DNA from: a virus
Length of the DNA: 64,000 nt
Virus record (IMG/VR): IMGVR_UViG_3300045988_132810
Coordinates: 1 to 64,000 of that record
Reading direction: 5' to 3' (one strand)
Position numbers and translations under genes: made by a program
Shown here: positions 33,105-43,552 of the stretch, piece by piece
Layout of the letters: the number at the start of each line of letters is the position of its first letter
How positions within the stretch are numbered: the first letter of the stretch is position 1
The notes under the pieces: model-generated
Told to the model about the DNA's origin: nothing
Database searches by the model: none
What the model saw: only the letters and a program-made list of their open reading frames with translations

Positions 33105-33293
33105 ATGGATCTTGAAAATTATTTTGTGAAAGCGGTTGAAGAGTGTAATATGACCAAGCCTTTAGAAATTCTTAATTGGTATCGTAATCTTTATTATAAA
33201 GAAGAAGTACATACCGAGCACAGAATCATGGCAGAGGCCATCAATAATTTGTTTATGGAATATAAGGACGTATTTTGCGACGATGAGGAGTAA
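33105..33293 (+). CDS. hypothetical protein
   Basis: 62-aa ORF after AAGGAG. Confidence 0.5.
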   Translation: MDLENYFVKAVEECNMTKPLEILNWYRNLYYKEEVHTEHRIMAEAINNLFMEYKDVFCDDEE

Positions 33294-33297
33294 AGTT

Positions 33298-33465
33298 ATG
33301 ACAGACAATAAAGAATTTGCAACATGTAGCTGTTGTGGAAAAACTGTTCAACAAGGTGATATGTATTTCGAGGCAGGGTTTTTTGACAGATATGAAATTG
33401 TAGATGGCGAATATGTATATAAAGGATACGCGGTTTGTGAAGATTGCCATAATAACGGCAAGTAA
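33298..33465 (+). CDS. hypothetical zinc-ribbon protein
   Basis: ATG 33298 after GAGGAG; CSCCG...CEDCH. Confidence 0.5.
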   Translation: MTDNKEFATCSCCGKTVQQGDMYFEAGFFDRYEIVDGEYVYKGYAVCEDCHNNGK

Positions 33466-33493
33466 AAAATAGAATTTATGGAGAAAAAATTGT

Positions 33494-33838
33494 ATGGATT
33501 ATGAATTTCATGTAGGAGATTATGTTGAAACAAAGGATGGCACCATTGGTTATATCAGCTCTGTACGTGCCACTGGTGATGTATTGTGGATGTGTACTAG
33601 CGATGGCCATGGTTATCATGCAGGTCAAGAATATGGGATTATGCATAATGTTGATTTTCCTTATTTCTATAACCGTATTGGCCAGTACACTTTTACATAC
33701 CAAGACAAAAAGCTTAAAAAGTTGACAAGTTATGGTTGGAATATGGGCGTATCTGGCGATGATCTTATTTTAAAAATCAACGAACTTATAGATGCTGTAA
33801 ATGAATTGAGGGATAAAAATGACAGGCAAGCAAAATAA
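33494..33838 (+). CDS. hypothetical protein
   Basis: 114-aa ORF. Confidence 0.5.
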   Translation: MDYEFHVGDYVETKDGTIGYISSVRATGDVLWMCTSDGHGYHAGQEYGIMHNVDFPYFYNRIGQYTFTYQDKKLKKLTSYGWNMGVSGDDLILKINELIDAVNELRDKNDRQAK

Positions 33839-33849
33839 GTTTAATAGAT

Positions 33850-34041
33850 ATGCACTTATATACTGTCGAATACGCGCCAAGCATCCAAATTGGAGCCATG
33901 GACAGATTAAATATTGTACTATATATGCTTGGAGAAGGACACAACATGACAAGAAGTGAATATGATCAGCTTCATAAACTGTTGCACACATTGCAGACAG
34001 AGGCTCCTTGTCATAATAGATCTTGTAAATGCTGTAAATAA
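33850..34041 (+). CDS. hypothetical protein
   Basis: 63-aa ORF. Confidence 0.4.
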   Translation: MHLYTVEYAPSIQIGAMDRLNIVLYMLGEGHNMTRSEYDQLHKLLHTLQTEAPCHNRSCKCCK

Positions 34042-34056
34042 ATGGAGGAATAAATA

Positions 34057-34248
34057 ATGGGTATTTATTATTTTGCAAGACCTAATCAGATGGTTGGGCA
34101 TAAGTTTACTGATGATGTTGCAGTTGTATATGCAATGAGCAAGGGATCTGCAATTAAGAAGTTCTCTGTATTATATAAAGATGTGCAGGATAATGAAGTC
34201 AAGAAGATTAGTTTCTGGAATAGAGCCATAGTCTTAACAGACTACTAA
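34057..34248 (+). CDS. hypothetical protein
   Basis: 63-aa ORF after GGAGGA. Confidence 0.5.
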   Translation: MGIYYFARPNQMVGHKFTDDVAVVYAMSKGSAIKKFSVLYKDVQDNEVKKISFWNRAIVLTDY

Positions 34249-34280
34249 AATAAACAAAAAAATAAGCTAGGAGATAAAAT

Positions 34281-34517
34281 ATGGAATCAGTATGCAGAAA
34301 TTGTGATTTAGGATTAAAGCGTTCAGAATGTACTGACAAAGAACATACTGAATGTGAATGTCGTAAATGGATAATTAAAGAAATTAATCAAACTACTTTA
34401 TTAGGTTTGATGCATCTTTTAGATGAAGTTCTTGAAACAGTTTCTGAGAACAAAAATGATTTACGAAACAATAAAGCTAGAATGATCGAATTTCTGAGTA
34501 GAGGGATGATTGAGTGA
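34281..34517 (+). CDS. hypothetical protein
   Basis: 78-aa ORF after AGGAG. Confidence 0.5.
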   Translation: MESVCRNCDLGLKRSECTDKEHTECECRKWIIKEINQTTLLGLMHLLDEVLETVSENKNDLRNNKARMIEFLSRGMIE

Positions 34518-36451
34518 ATAAAATTGAAACTATTAAAAATCTGACAGCCAAACTGCTGCAGTATTGCGATGAATATTATAATTTAGACCGTCCGACTATC
34601 TCTGACGCAGAATATGATAAGAAGTTTGACGAACTTAAATCACTTGAGGATGAAACAGGATTTTGGCTTGCCAATTCTCCTACTCGTAAGGTACAGGGGC
34701 AAGCGCTTGATTGTTTTACGAAAGTTAAGCATAGTAAACCAATGCTTTCTGCAGCAAAGACTAAAGATGCGAATGAAATTAAAAAATTTATTGGCAATCA
34801 GCCATTTTATTGTAGCTACAAGTTAGATGGGCTTACACTCGTGGTTCGCTACGAAAATGGAGAATTTATTCAGGCTGTAACTCGTGGCAATGGTGAAATT
34901 GGTGAAGATGTGACCGCTCAAGCAAGAATGATTTCAAATCTTCCAATGCATATTGATTACAACGATAAACTTGAACTTCGCGGCGAATGTGTGATTTCTT
35001 GGAAGAATTTTCACAAGATTAATGAGTCTCTTGATGAGCCTTATAGTCATCCTCGCAACTTAGCAGCGGGGAGCCTCCGTCAGCTTGATACAAATATTAC
35101 AAAGCAGCGCAATCTTTCTTATGTGGTTTTTGAGTGTGTATCAAATCTATATGATAACAATACACTATTTGATTCTAAATTAGACGAACTTGGATATCTA
35201 GATTGCCTTGGATTTGAAACTGTTGGGCGATGTATTGGAAATGTTGATGATTGTATCGAAGGTATGCAACCAGATTGGTATCAATATCCTTGTGATGGAT
35301 TAATCTTTGAAATGTGCATGAAGTCATATTCCAAGACACTACCAGTTACCGCACATCATGAGGGATGTCGTATGGCTCTTAAGTGGGCTGATGAAATGTA
35401 TGAGACAACTCTTCGAGATGTAGAGTGGAATCCAACAAGAAGCGGATTAATCGCACCTGTCGCAATCTTTGATGAAATAGATTTAGATGGGGCATTAACT
35501 ACAAGAGCAACACTCCATAATCTTTCTATCATTGAGCAGCTTGAACTTGGGATTGGTGATACTATTACGGTATACCGCAGCAATATGGTGATTCCTAAAG
35601 TTTATGACAATCTAACTCGTAGCAATACACTAACAATTCCAACTACGTGTCCTTGTTGTGGAGAGCCTACTGAGATTAAATATACTGATAATAGTAAAGT
35701 TCTCATGTGTACTAATCCAAATTGCGCAGCAAAGAAATTGGCACAGTTTACGCATTTTGTAAGTCGTAAAGCAATGAGCATTGATGGTCTATCAGAGAAG
35801 ACACTTGAGCTGCTAATTTCCCATGGATTTTTGCATAATTATAAGGACATTTATCGTTTGAAAGAACATAAGAATGAAATTACACAACTGCCGGGGATGG
35901 GGGTAAAATCTGTAGATAAACTGCTAGATTCTATTGAAAAATCAAGGACAGTAACGCTTGATAGATTTATTACTGCGCTTGGTATTCCTAATATTGGCTC
36001 TTCTGCGGCAAAAGCTATTAGTAAGCAATTTAATGGAGACCATTATGATTTTGTACAAGCATTAGCTAATGGATATGATTTTTCGCAAATTGATGATTTC
36101 GGAGAAATTACAAATAAGTCAATTCATGATTGGTGGAATAGCAAAGATCCAATGGTTGAATTGCTTCCTGTTGAGATGAACTTTATCGTTGAGAATGATG
36201 TGGGTTCTAGTTCCAATCTTGATGGTAAAAGCTTCTGCATTACAGGAAGTTTAACTCATTACCCAAATAGGGATGCACTTGTTAAAGCCATTGAAGACAA
36301 TGGCGGCAAATATGTATCTGGAGTGAGCAAGAAGACTGACTATCTTATTAATAATGATACCACAAGCACAAGCGGCAAGAATAAGAAGGCTATTGAATTA
36401 AATATTCCAATTATTAGCGAGGAGGATTTTCTTAAAATGCTATCAGAATAA
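34514..36451 (+). CDS. ligA: NAD-dependent DNA ligase
   Basis: 645 aa; YYNLDRPTISDAEYD N-terminus, adenylation motif SYKLDGL, four-Cys zinc finger CPCCGE..CTNPNC, C-terminal BRCT-like FCITGSL. Confidence 0.9.
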   Translation: MNKIETIKNLTAKLLQYCDEYYNLDRPTISDAEYDKKFDELKSLEDETGFWLANSPTRKVQGQALDCFTKVKHSKPMLSAAKTKDANEIKKFIGNQPFYCSYKLDGLTLVVRYENGEFIQAVTRGNGEIGEDVTAQARMISNLPMHIDYNDKLELRGECVISWKNFHKINESLDEPYSHPRNLAAGSLRQLDTNITKQRNLSYVVFECVSNLYDNNTLFDSKLDELGYLDCLGFETVGRCIGNVDDCIEGMQPDWYQYPCDGLIFEMCMKSYSKTLPVTAHHEGCRMALKWADEMYETTLRDVEWNPTRSGLIAPVAIFDEIDLDGALTTRATLHNLSIIEQLELGIGDTITVYRSNMVIPKVYDNLTRSNTLTIPTTCPCCGEPTEIKYTDNSKVLMCTNPNCAAKKLAQFTHFVSRKAMSIDGLSEKTLELLISHGFLHNYKDIYRLKEHKNEITQLPGMGVKSVDKLLDSIEKSRTVTLDRFITALGIPNIGSSAAKAISKQFNGDHYDFVQALANGYDFSQIDDFGEITNKSIHDWWNSKDPMVELLPVEMNFIVENDVGSSSNLDGKSFCITGSLTHYPNRDALVKAIEDNGGKYVSGVSKKTDYLINNDTTSTSGKNKKAIELNIPIISEEDFLKMLSE

Positions 36452-36457
36452 AATTTA

Positions 36458-36485
36458 GGGGAGAACTTATCTCCCCATTTTTTAT
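36458..36485 (+). terminator. rho-independent terminator
   Basis: GGGGAGA/TCTCCCC hairpin followed by ATTTTTTAT. Confidence 0.8.
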
Positions 36486-36497
36486 GCATTTAACTAC

Positions 36498-36526
36498 TTG
36501 ACAAATCAAAATTTTGTGATATTATA
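36498..36526 (+). promoter_or_regulatory. sigma-70-type promoter
   Basis: TTGACA-16/17 nt-TATTAT/ATTATA preceded by TGTGA. Confidence 0.6.
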
Positions 36527-36538
36527 TGTATAGTTGAA

Positions 36539-36554
36539 CAATACAAAATTATAG
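36539..36554 (+). promoter_or_regulatory. conserved intergenic motif copy (CAATACAAAATTATAG)
   Basis: 13 nt after the -10 and 11 nt upstream of ATG 36566. Confidence 0.6.
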
Positions 36555-36565
36555 TTAAGGAGTTG

Positions 36566-36742
36566 ATGCATGATATGATTGAATATAATAATTGCTGTGT
36601 CGCATGTGGTGAAATTATTCCTGAAGGAAGACAGGTTTGCTCACAGTGTGAGAGAAAATATGAAGCAAAAGATGATGCGACTGATAATATTCAGAAAAAA
36701 CAAAACACATTTATAAATTACATTAAAAAATATTTTATTTAA
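36566..36742 (+). CDS. 58-aa zinc-ribbon protein
   Basis: CCVACGE...CSQCE; AAGGAG RBS; start is 36566 or 36575. Confidence 0.45.
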   Translation: MHDMIEYNNCCVACGEIIPEGRQVCSQCERKYEAKDDATDNIQKKQNTFINYIKKYFI

Positions 36743-36757
36743 GAAAGGATTTACATT

Positions 36758-37000
36758 ATGAAAAAGAACAACACGAACAATCAGAACGCGACGCTAATGG
36801 TTACTAGTCTAGAGGATAATGGCGACTATATTCTCTCGTATATTCCGCTGTCTATTGACATGGATCTGCTTCAGCATATTCTAGCTGAGGGCAAGAGCAC
36901 TAATAGCGAAGTCGTGCAGTACGTGCTAGATTGTGACGAAAAGACTTATTGGAAGGATATGTGGGAGAGTTTCAAGGAGGAGCCAGAGAATGACGCATAA
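36758..37000 (+). CDS. hypothetical protein
   Basis: 80-aa ORF after AAAGGA. Confidence 0.5.
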   Translation: MKKNNTNNQNATLMVTSLEDNGDYILSYIPLSIDMDLLQHILAEGKSTNSEVVQYVLDCDEKTYWKDMWESFKEEPENDA

Positions 37001-37235
37001 GCTTTATTTTTATAATAGTTATCACGAGGCACGAGAGCTTGCTACATTTGAGGATGGCCTAACTGACGAAGAAGTGCGTAAGGCTGCGTATAAAGAAATT
37101 ACAAAGTTTTGCAATGAACGTTACTTCGCAATTTATTATACGAGAATGTGGAATGCCGCAGGAGATACTATTATTGACGTAGGAAGCCATACAGAATTCT
37201 TTCACATTTCTCCTGCAGTGAGTATTGCCGAGTAA
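36990..37235 (+). CDS. hypothetical protein
   Basis: ATG 36990 after AGGAGG, overlaps the upstream stop. Confidence 0.5.
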   Translation: MTHKLYFYNSYHEARELATFEDGLTDEEVRKAAYKEITKFCNERYFAIYYTRMWNAAGDTIIDVGSHTEFFHISPAVSIAE

Positions 37236-37239
37236 TATA

Positions 37240-37255
37240 CAATACAAAATTATAT
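37240..37255 (+). promoter_or_regulatory. conserved intergenic motif copy (CAATACAAAATTATAT)
   Basis: 14 nt upstream of ATG 37270, directly before AGGAGG. Confidence 0.6.
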
Positions 37256-37269
37256 AGGAGGTTGGTTGA

Positions 37270-37455
37270 ATGAGTAAAAAGTGTACGTGCGCTTATTGTA
37301 AGTGCAAATTAAATAAAGAAGATGCGTTCGTAAAGCATGCAGGCAAGCATAATACCTATTATTGCTCGGAAGAGCACTATAAATATGCAGTAGATCGCAA
37401 GAAGAAAAGAGAGGAATTTAAGAAAAGACAGGCAATGAAAAGTGGTGAGGTTTAA
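37270..37455 (+). CDS. hypothetical Cys-rich basic protein
   Basis: 61-aa ORF. Confidence 0.5.
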   Translation: MSKKCTCAYCKCKLNKEDAFVKHAGKHNTYYCSEEHYKYAVDRKKKREEFKKRQAMKSGEV

Positions 37456-38598
37456 TTGGAGCTAACAGATGGACAGAAGAAAGGACTAGAAATTGCTTGC
37501 CAGCGGTATAAAGAGAATAAGTCATATACTGTTATTGCAGGCTTTGGCGGAACTGGTAAAAGTTTCCTAGTTTGTCATATTATCAAAGAACTAAAGTTAA
37601 AAGACAATGAAGTGGTCTTTATCGCGTTTACAGGCAAAGCCGCTCTGGTTCTTAAAGAAAAGGGCAATAAAAATACAATGACGGCGCATAAGTTGTTATA
37701 CCACTCAGAAGAGCAAGCTGATGGCACATATATTCATACTCCGAAGACCAAACTTGACCATAAATACAAGCTTATTGTCGTTGACGAGGCGAGTATGTTG
37801 CCGCAGGAAATGATTGATTTGTTGCTGTCTCATCATGTATACACCATTTTCCTTGGTGATCCAGCGCAGCTTCCACCAATCTCTGGAGAACAAACTATTT
37901 TGAACAATCCACACGTTTTTCTTGATGAAATTGTGCGACAGGCTCTTGATAATCCGATTATTAAACTTTCTATGGATGTTCGGCATGGAATGAAGCTGCA
38001 TTATACTGCAGAGGATAAACGATGCCGTGTTCTTCCTAGAAGTAAAGTGTCAGATAAAATGTTGCTTGGTGCAGATCAGATTCTTTGTGGGAAAAATAAA
38101 ACTAGGAATGAGCTTAATTACTACATGAGAAAACTAATTCTCGGAGATAACTACAGCGACGAGCCAGTAGAAGGAGATAAAGTAATTTGCCTTAAAAATA
38201 GCTGGAACAAAATTAATAACGTTGGTAACGAGCTTGTCAATGGCACTATCGGCACGTTACAGAATATCCGCATTATGGAATCAAACTTTTATGGCAAAGT
38301 GATTTATGCTACCTTTGCTTCTAATGACGGAGGAATTTATAAAGACTTGATGATTGATTATCAGTTACTTACTACTGGCAAGCCGACTGTGAATGCTGAT
38401 AATTGGAAGCAATTCGCGGGGATTGAGAAGCCACTACAGTTTGCTTTTGGGTATGTGTGCACTGTTCACAAATACCAAGGCTCAGAGGCTGACAGAGTTG
38501 TAGTTTTTGACGAAGCGTTTGGAGATGCGGACGAACAAAGAAAATGGCGATACACAGCGGTGACACGCGCCGCCAAGCAATTGGTATTAGTGGAATAA
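37456..38598 (+). CDS. RecD-like superfamily 1 DNA helicase
   Basis: TTG start; GFGGTGKSF Walker A, VVDEASML Walker B, C-terminal CTVHKYQGSEADRVVV. Confidence 0.75.
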   Translation: MELTDGQKKGLEIACQRYKENKSYTVIAGFGGTGKSFLVCHIIKELKLKDNEVVFIAFTGKAALVLKEKGNKNTMTAHKLLYHSEEQADGTYIHTPKTKLDHKYKLIVVDEASMLPQEMIDLLLSHHVYTIFLGDPAQLPPISGEQTILNNPHVFLDEIVRQALDNPIIKLSMDVRHGMKLHYTAEDKRCRVLPRSKVSDKMLLGADQILCGKNKTRNELNYYMRKLILGDNYSDEPVEGDKVICLKNSWNKINNVGNELVNGTIGTLQNIRIMESNFYGKVIYATFASNDGGIYKDLMIDYQLLTTGKPTVNADNWKQFAGIEKPLQFAFGYVCTVHKYQGSEADRVVVFDEAFGDADEQRKWRYTAVTRAAKQLVLVE

Positions 38599-38616
38599 AT
38601 AAAAAAGGAGAAAACA

Positions 38617-39003
38617 ATGAAAAAGAATAATGTAACATTTAAGTATTGCGGACTTAACAAGAAGAATAATTTTCTAGAAGCGCCAATTTGTCCATGTGGA
38701 TGTGGGAATCGTATAAGTCTCGTACTAGAGAATGATAACGATGTATTTGACTTCATGTATACTATGCTAGATGAGCATGAATGCAATCATTGCGCTATCT
38801 TTGCACTGAAGAACGATGGACATATTCTCATAGCGTTGAAGTTTTCGCCTGATGAGATTCAGTGCTATGTAGTCAGAAATAATAATGTTCGAGCAAGTAG
38901 ATGGCGCAATGTATTTGCTGGTCTTCAGAGTGAGTGCGAGTTCCATTGCTATGGACTGCTTGAGCAGGTCGATAACGAACATTATAAAATTGTAATGGAT
39001 TGA
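38617..39003 (+). CDS. hypothetical protein
   Basis: 128-aa ORF after AAGGAG. Confidence 0.5.
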   Translation: MKKNNVTFKYCGLNKKNNFLEAPICPCGCGNRISLVLENDNDVFDFMYTMLDEHECNHCAIFALKNDGHILIALKFSPDEIQCYVVRNNNVRASRWRNVFAGLQSECEFHCYGLLEQVDNEHYKIVMD

Positions 39004-39009
39004 TAGTGG

Positions 39010-39025
39010 GAATACAAAATTATTG
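39010..39025 (+). promoter_or_regulatory. conserved intergenic motif copy (GAATACAAAATTATTG)
   Basis: 14 nt upstream of ATG 39040. Confidence 0.6.
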
Positions 39026-39039
39026 TTGGGGGTGAGAAG

Positions 39040-40017
39040 ATGGGGAAAGTGACTTGGACTAAAGAACAGGAAGAGTATCTAGAAAAATTATATTCACAAT
39101 ACCTTCCATTAAAAGATATTGTTGAGAAAATAAATGATTTTTCTGGGATTGCCCGTACATATACGGCAGTCTCTAATAAAGCAGGAAGTATGGGGTTAAC
39201 TAAAAAATATATAAAGCAAAATAATGCTCATTTTGAAGCGATTTATCAAAATTACAATTGGTATTATGACATGTTCGTTGAAAGAGGATTGAATCATGAC
39301 GAAATGGCAAAAATCGCGAGCTGTACAAAACGAGTAATAGAGAAATGGGGACAAGAAAAGCACCATATAGACACATACACTAGGATGAAAAATAAACAAA
39401 TAAATGCACAACAGCATGATTTAATTATTGGTTCATTGCTAGGAGATGGACACATTGATAAAAGAGAAGATTTCCCATTGTTTATTGTAAGTCATGCAAA
39501 AAATCAAAAAGATTATCTGTATTATAAATATGAAATTATGAAAGATTTGTGTGAGATGACTCCAACGGAGTACAATGGGAAAAAAGAATATTCTATAATG
39601 GGCAGTGTATGTAATTGTCAAGATTTTTATAGATTCAATACTAGGACATACTATTCGTTAAAGCCGTTTCGAGATATGACAAAAATAGACTTAATTCGTT
39701 GTCTTAATGAATATTCATTCTCTATTTGGATGTTAGACGATGCGCATTGTAATATAAAAGGATATTGGGAGTTGTGCGCTCCATTGGAAACAGAGTCTGA
39801 AAGAAAAGAGCTGATATCATCCCTTCAAAACAAATTTGGCCTATCAACAGTTCAGAAAAAAGACAATAGATATTTTCGATTTCATTCAGAAGATTCTTTA
39901 AAAATTACAAAAATAATATTAAACAACATCCCCCACAATTTAGATATTGTGCAAGATAAGATATTGTCTAAAAATAAATATCGTGCATTAGGAGGTGAAA
40001 AAAATGAGTTTCGTTAA
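39040..40017 (+). CDS. free-standing LAGLIDADG homing endonuclease with N-terminal HTH-like region
   Basis: LIIGSLLGDGHIDK and SIWMLDDAHC (two LAGLIDADG-type motifs); 3' end overlaps the dnaE start. Confidence 0.75.
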   Translation: MGKVTWTKEQEEYLEKLYSQYLPLKDIVEKINDFSGIARTYTAVSNKAGSMGLTKKYIKQNNAHFEAIYQNYNWYYDMFVERGLNHDEMAKIASCTKRVIEKWGQEKHHIDTYTRMKNKQINAQQHDLIIGSLLGDGHIDKREDFPLFIVSHAKNQKDYLYYKYEIMKDLCEMTPTEYNGKKEYSIMGSVCNCQDFYRFNTRTYYSLKPFRDMTKIDLIRCLNEYSFSIWMLDDAHCNIKGYWELCAPLETESERKELISSLQNKFGLSTVQKKDNRYFRFHSEDSLKITKIILNNIPHNLDIVQDKILSKNKYRALGGEKNEFR

Positions 40018-42322
40018 TCTCCACGTACATAGCGCTCAAGGCTCACTTCTTGACTCTATTCTTACTGTAAAACAAATTGCTCAGTATGCGAAAGACAATG
40101 GGCAACCAGCAATTGCTCTAAGTGACCATGGCTTTATGTATGCGTCAATGAATCACGTTATTGAATGTCAAAAGCTTGGCATCAAACCTATCACTGCATG
40201 TGAAATTTATGAATGTGATGACCATATGCTTAAAAACGATACAAAAGACAATGTGCAACCAAGATATCATTTGCTTTTAATTGTAAAAAATCAAATCGGG
40301 AAAGATAACCTTTTTAAAATAGTATCAGAAGGATGTACGAATGGCATGTATAAAAAGCCAAGAGTGTCAATTCAGTGGATCAAAGACAACAATTTAGGGG
40401 AAGGTATTATTTGTCTCACTGCATGTCAAGCTGGACGACTAGCAAAATACCTTGACACAGGAATGTATCAAGAAGCAGAAGAATTTGTTAATCTGCTTAA
40501 AGACACATTTGATTATGTTGCTTGTGAGATTCAGTCACATCCAACAGAGTCTCAGCTAAGGTCAAACACTCTTATTTGGAAATTTGCTAATCATCTTCAA
40601 ATTCCATATGTCATTACAACAGATGCTCATATGCTGAGAGCAGATCAACTAGATACACATTCAATCTTTGTAGAAATTGGAGAAGGCAGAGAAGCAGGAG
40701 AAACTTATATTGGATGCCACCTTCAAAATGAAGAAGACATTTATAAATATCTTGGAAATTGGAATCTAGACAGGGTAATTCAGCATGGTATTGATGAAAC
40801 AATTCACATTGCCAATATGGTGGATGACAATATTGATTATGAGTTAAATAAGGGTACAATAATGCCAAAGGCTCATATCCCAGACGGATATGACACAGAG
40901 TCATATTTTAGATATTTAGTATATTCTACATTTGATGAAAAGTTTGGGCATATGCCACAAGAAGAGCAGGATGCACGTAGAGAAAGAATTGAGTCTGAAA
41001 TTCCCGTCTTGAAAGAATTAGACTTTTTGAACTATCTTTTAATTCAGTATGAATTTTGTAATGAATGTGATAGGCGTGGAATCCCAAGAGGGTATAGTCG
41101 TGGTTCCGCTGCAAATTGCCTTTGCGTTTTTATGCTAAATATTACTCAAATAGATAGTGTAAAATATGATCTAGACTTTACAAGATTCGCGAATCTAGGT
41201 CGTAAAGGCTCGGCAGCAGATATTGACTTGGATATTTCAAAAGCTAGAAGACAAGAAGCAATCCAAGTCCTGTGTGATATTTTTGGACAAGATCACGTTG
41301 CACCAATGGCAACATTTAATACACTCAGCACTAAAGTAGCAATTAGTGATATTGGAAAAGTATTAAATGACAAACAGGACAGCCCATACTTTGGGCAAAT
41401 CCCATATAGTCTGAGGAACGAAGTAACAAAAATGATTCCTACAATCAAGACATTAAACGATCTTGGTGAGTCGGAAGACAAAGACATGTTGCTTAAAGAC
41501 CTTATTGGCAAGAACGAAAAACTTGATAAAATTTATAAACAATTCCCTTTATGGTTTAAATATGTTATGGAGCTTGAAGGGCTCCCAAAATCGCGGGGTC
41601 GTCATGCAAGCGGTACTCTATTAACTCCTAAACCAGTATTACATTATGCCCCATTATGTTTAGATAATGAAAAGCATGTTATGGCACAATTTGAAATGCA
41701 TATATGCCAAGATACTGATGGTGGAATGGGCCTCGTTAAGGAAGATGCACTTGGGCTTGAAACATTAGACATCCTCGATTCGGCTTTAAAAAATGCCAAT
41801 TTAACATGGAAAGACGTTGATATTAATCATTTAAATATTGATGATAAGAAAGTATTTAAAGAAATCTATGCTTCTGGCAATACTGTTGGGATCTTCCAAT
41901 TTGAAAGCGCCGAGGCAAGGAACATGAGTATTGCGGCGCATGTTGACAACATTGAGGATGTTATCGCCATAAATGCAAGTAATCGTCCCGGAACAAAAAA
42001 TAGTTTTCCTGATTATTGCAAAAATAAATTGTGCCCAGAATCCATTCAATGTATACATCCAGATTTAAAAAAACTATTTCAAAAAACATGGGGAATTCTT
42101 TTATATCAAGAAGATTCGCTCCATTTGCTTGCATATGCAGGTTTTAATGAGGTAGAACAGGACACTGGACGTAGGGCCATCGGCAAAAAAAAGAAAGATG
42201 TTATGGCCTCTTTGTATACACAATTTGCAGATGGGCTAAGAAAAAAACAATGGACAGAGCAACAAATCAAAGAAGTTTGGGCTTTACTTGAGAAACAAGC
42301 AGAATATAGCTTCAATCGTGGT
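40004..42322 (+). CDS. dnaE: DNA polymerase III alpha subunit, exon 1
   Basis: PHP-domain start FVNLHVHSAQGSLLDS; ORF ends ..AEYSFNRG then a TAA inside the intron. Confidence 0.85.
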
Positions 42323-42532
42323 TAACACAATGGCCCCTTATATTGGCGACAATATATTGAACACCGAATATGCTGGAACACCCTTAGAGCTTCACATACC
42401 AAGGCGTAATAGTTGTGGAGATTGGGCAATCAGCAGGGAGTAATGACCCTCAACGACCACCAAGGTGCTTCTCTCAGAGAAGATGGTATGGTCTAATCCC
42501 TTTTAAATACTGCGAAAGCAGGGGTATAAATG
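42323..42532 (+). mobile_element. ORF-less group I intron (210 nt) in dnaE
   Basis: Exon 1 ends in T and the intron ends in G. Joining restores FNRG-HAVAYSLLSY..YYPVEFM, colinear with the FNKSHxxAY..HYPxEFM block of DnaE. Core-like AATCAGCAGG (42428-37) and TCAACGAC (42450-57). Confidence 0.75.
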
Positions 42533-43552
42533 CATGCTGTTGCTTATAGTCTGTTATCTTATCTTACCGCATGGATGAAAGTATATTATCCAGTAGAATT
42601 TATGACCGCACTTTTGACAGCGAAGTCGGACAATACTTCAAAGCTTAGTGTTATTATTACAGATTGTCATAGAATGGGAATCAAAGTACTTCCGCCTAAG
42701 ATTAATGAGTCTGAATTTTCTTTTAAGGCTAAGCCAGAGACTAAAGAAATCCTTTTTGGTTTTGGCGCAGTAAAAGGCATTGGCGAGTCAGTAATTACTA
42801 AGATTATTGAGAACCAGCCATATAGCAGCTTTGATGATTATCTGTCAAAAATCCAAGATAAAGCGGCCACAATTGCTCTAATTAAAGCTGGTGCTTTCCC
42901 TACTTCTAATAAAATGAAGCTGATGAGAAAGTATGCTACCTTATCGTATGATAAGAAAGAATATAAACCAGTTCAATCATATGGGACAAAAGCAAAATTA
43001 TTGCTAAATTGGGATATCAACGTAGATGATTACAAGGCTGGCAAAAAAGTAGATAAAGAAGCCGTGCTGCAATTGTATAATGCAAAGCGTAAAGAAAAGT
43101 TCGACCAAGTGCAAGAGGTCAAATATAAAGCGTATATGACAGAGTTCCAACAAAAATATGCTAGAGATCAATTCCTATGGGAATACGAAAGCTTATCAAT
43201 GTTTTTGACAGAGAACCCATTGCAAGAAGGTGTAGATTTAATAAACGCTAATTGGGATGATGTCCCGAATGGAGAAAAAACAGTTGTCTTGTGTGTTATA
43301 TCAGACATAAAGCGCAAGAAAGATAAAAACAACAATCCCTTCGCATATCTAGATTTGATTACTTCTGATAGAATTATTGAAGCGACTATTTGGAGTAGAC
43401 AACTAAAAGAATATTTTGATCTTATCTCGAAGGGCAAGTGCCTTGCAATTCTTGGAAGGAAAGAAGACGATCATTTGTTCGTTGAAAAAGTTAAACCCTA
43501 CACCGTTTGGCTCGAAAAAATAAAACATACACGTGCCAAAAAGACATCTTGA
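42533..43552 (+). CDS. dnaE: DNA polymerase III alpha subunit, exon 2
   Basis: Same frame as exon 1 after intron removal; HhH-like and OB-fold-like C-terminal parts. Confidence 0.85.
   Translation, partial: HAVAYSLLSYLTAWMKVYYPVEFMTALLTAKSDNTSKLSVIITDCHRMGIKVLPPKINESEFSFKAKPETKEILFGFGAVKGIGESVITKIIENQPYSSFDDYLSKIQDKAATIALIKAGAFPTSNKMKLMRKYATLSYDKKEYKPVQSYGTKAKLLLNWDINVDDYKAGKKVDKEAVLQLYNAKRKEKFDQVQEVKYKAYMTEFQQKYARDQFLWEYESLSMFLTENPLQEGVDLINANWDDVPNGEKTVVLCVISDIKRKKDKNNNPFAYLDLITSDRIIEATIWSRQLKEYFDLISKGKCLAILGRKEDDHLFVEKVKPYTVWLEKIKHTRAKKTS

Noticed and set aside
42323-42532. Intein or two-subunit (split) DnaE as the explanation for the dnaE interruption; the same consideration applies to nrdD at 45838..46167
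   Set aside because: The inserts contain stop codons in the host frame, are far too short for inteins, and have U/G boundaries and group I core-like elements. The flanking residues join without gap into conserved motifs.
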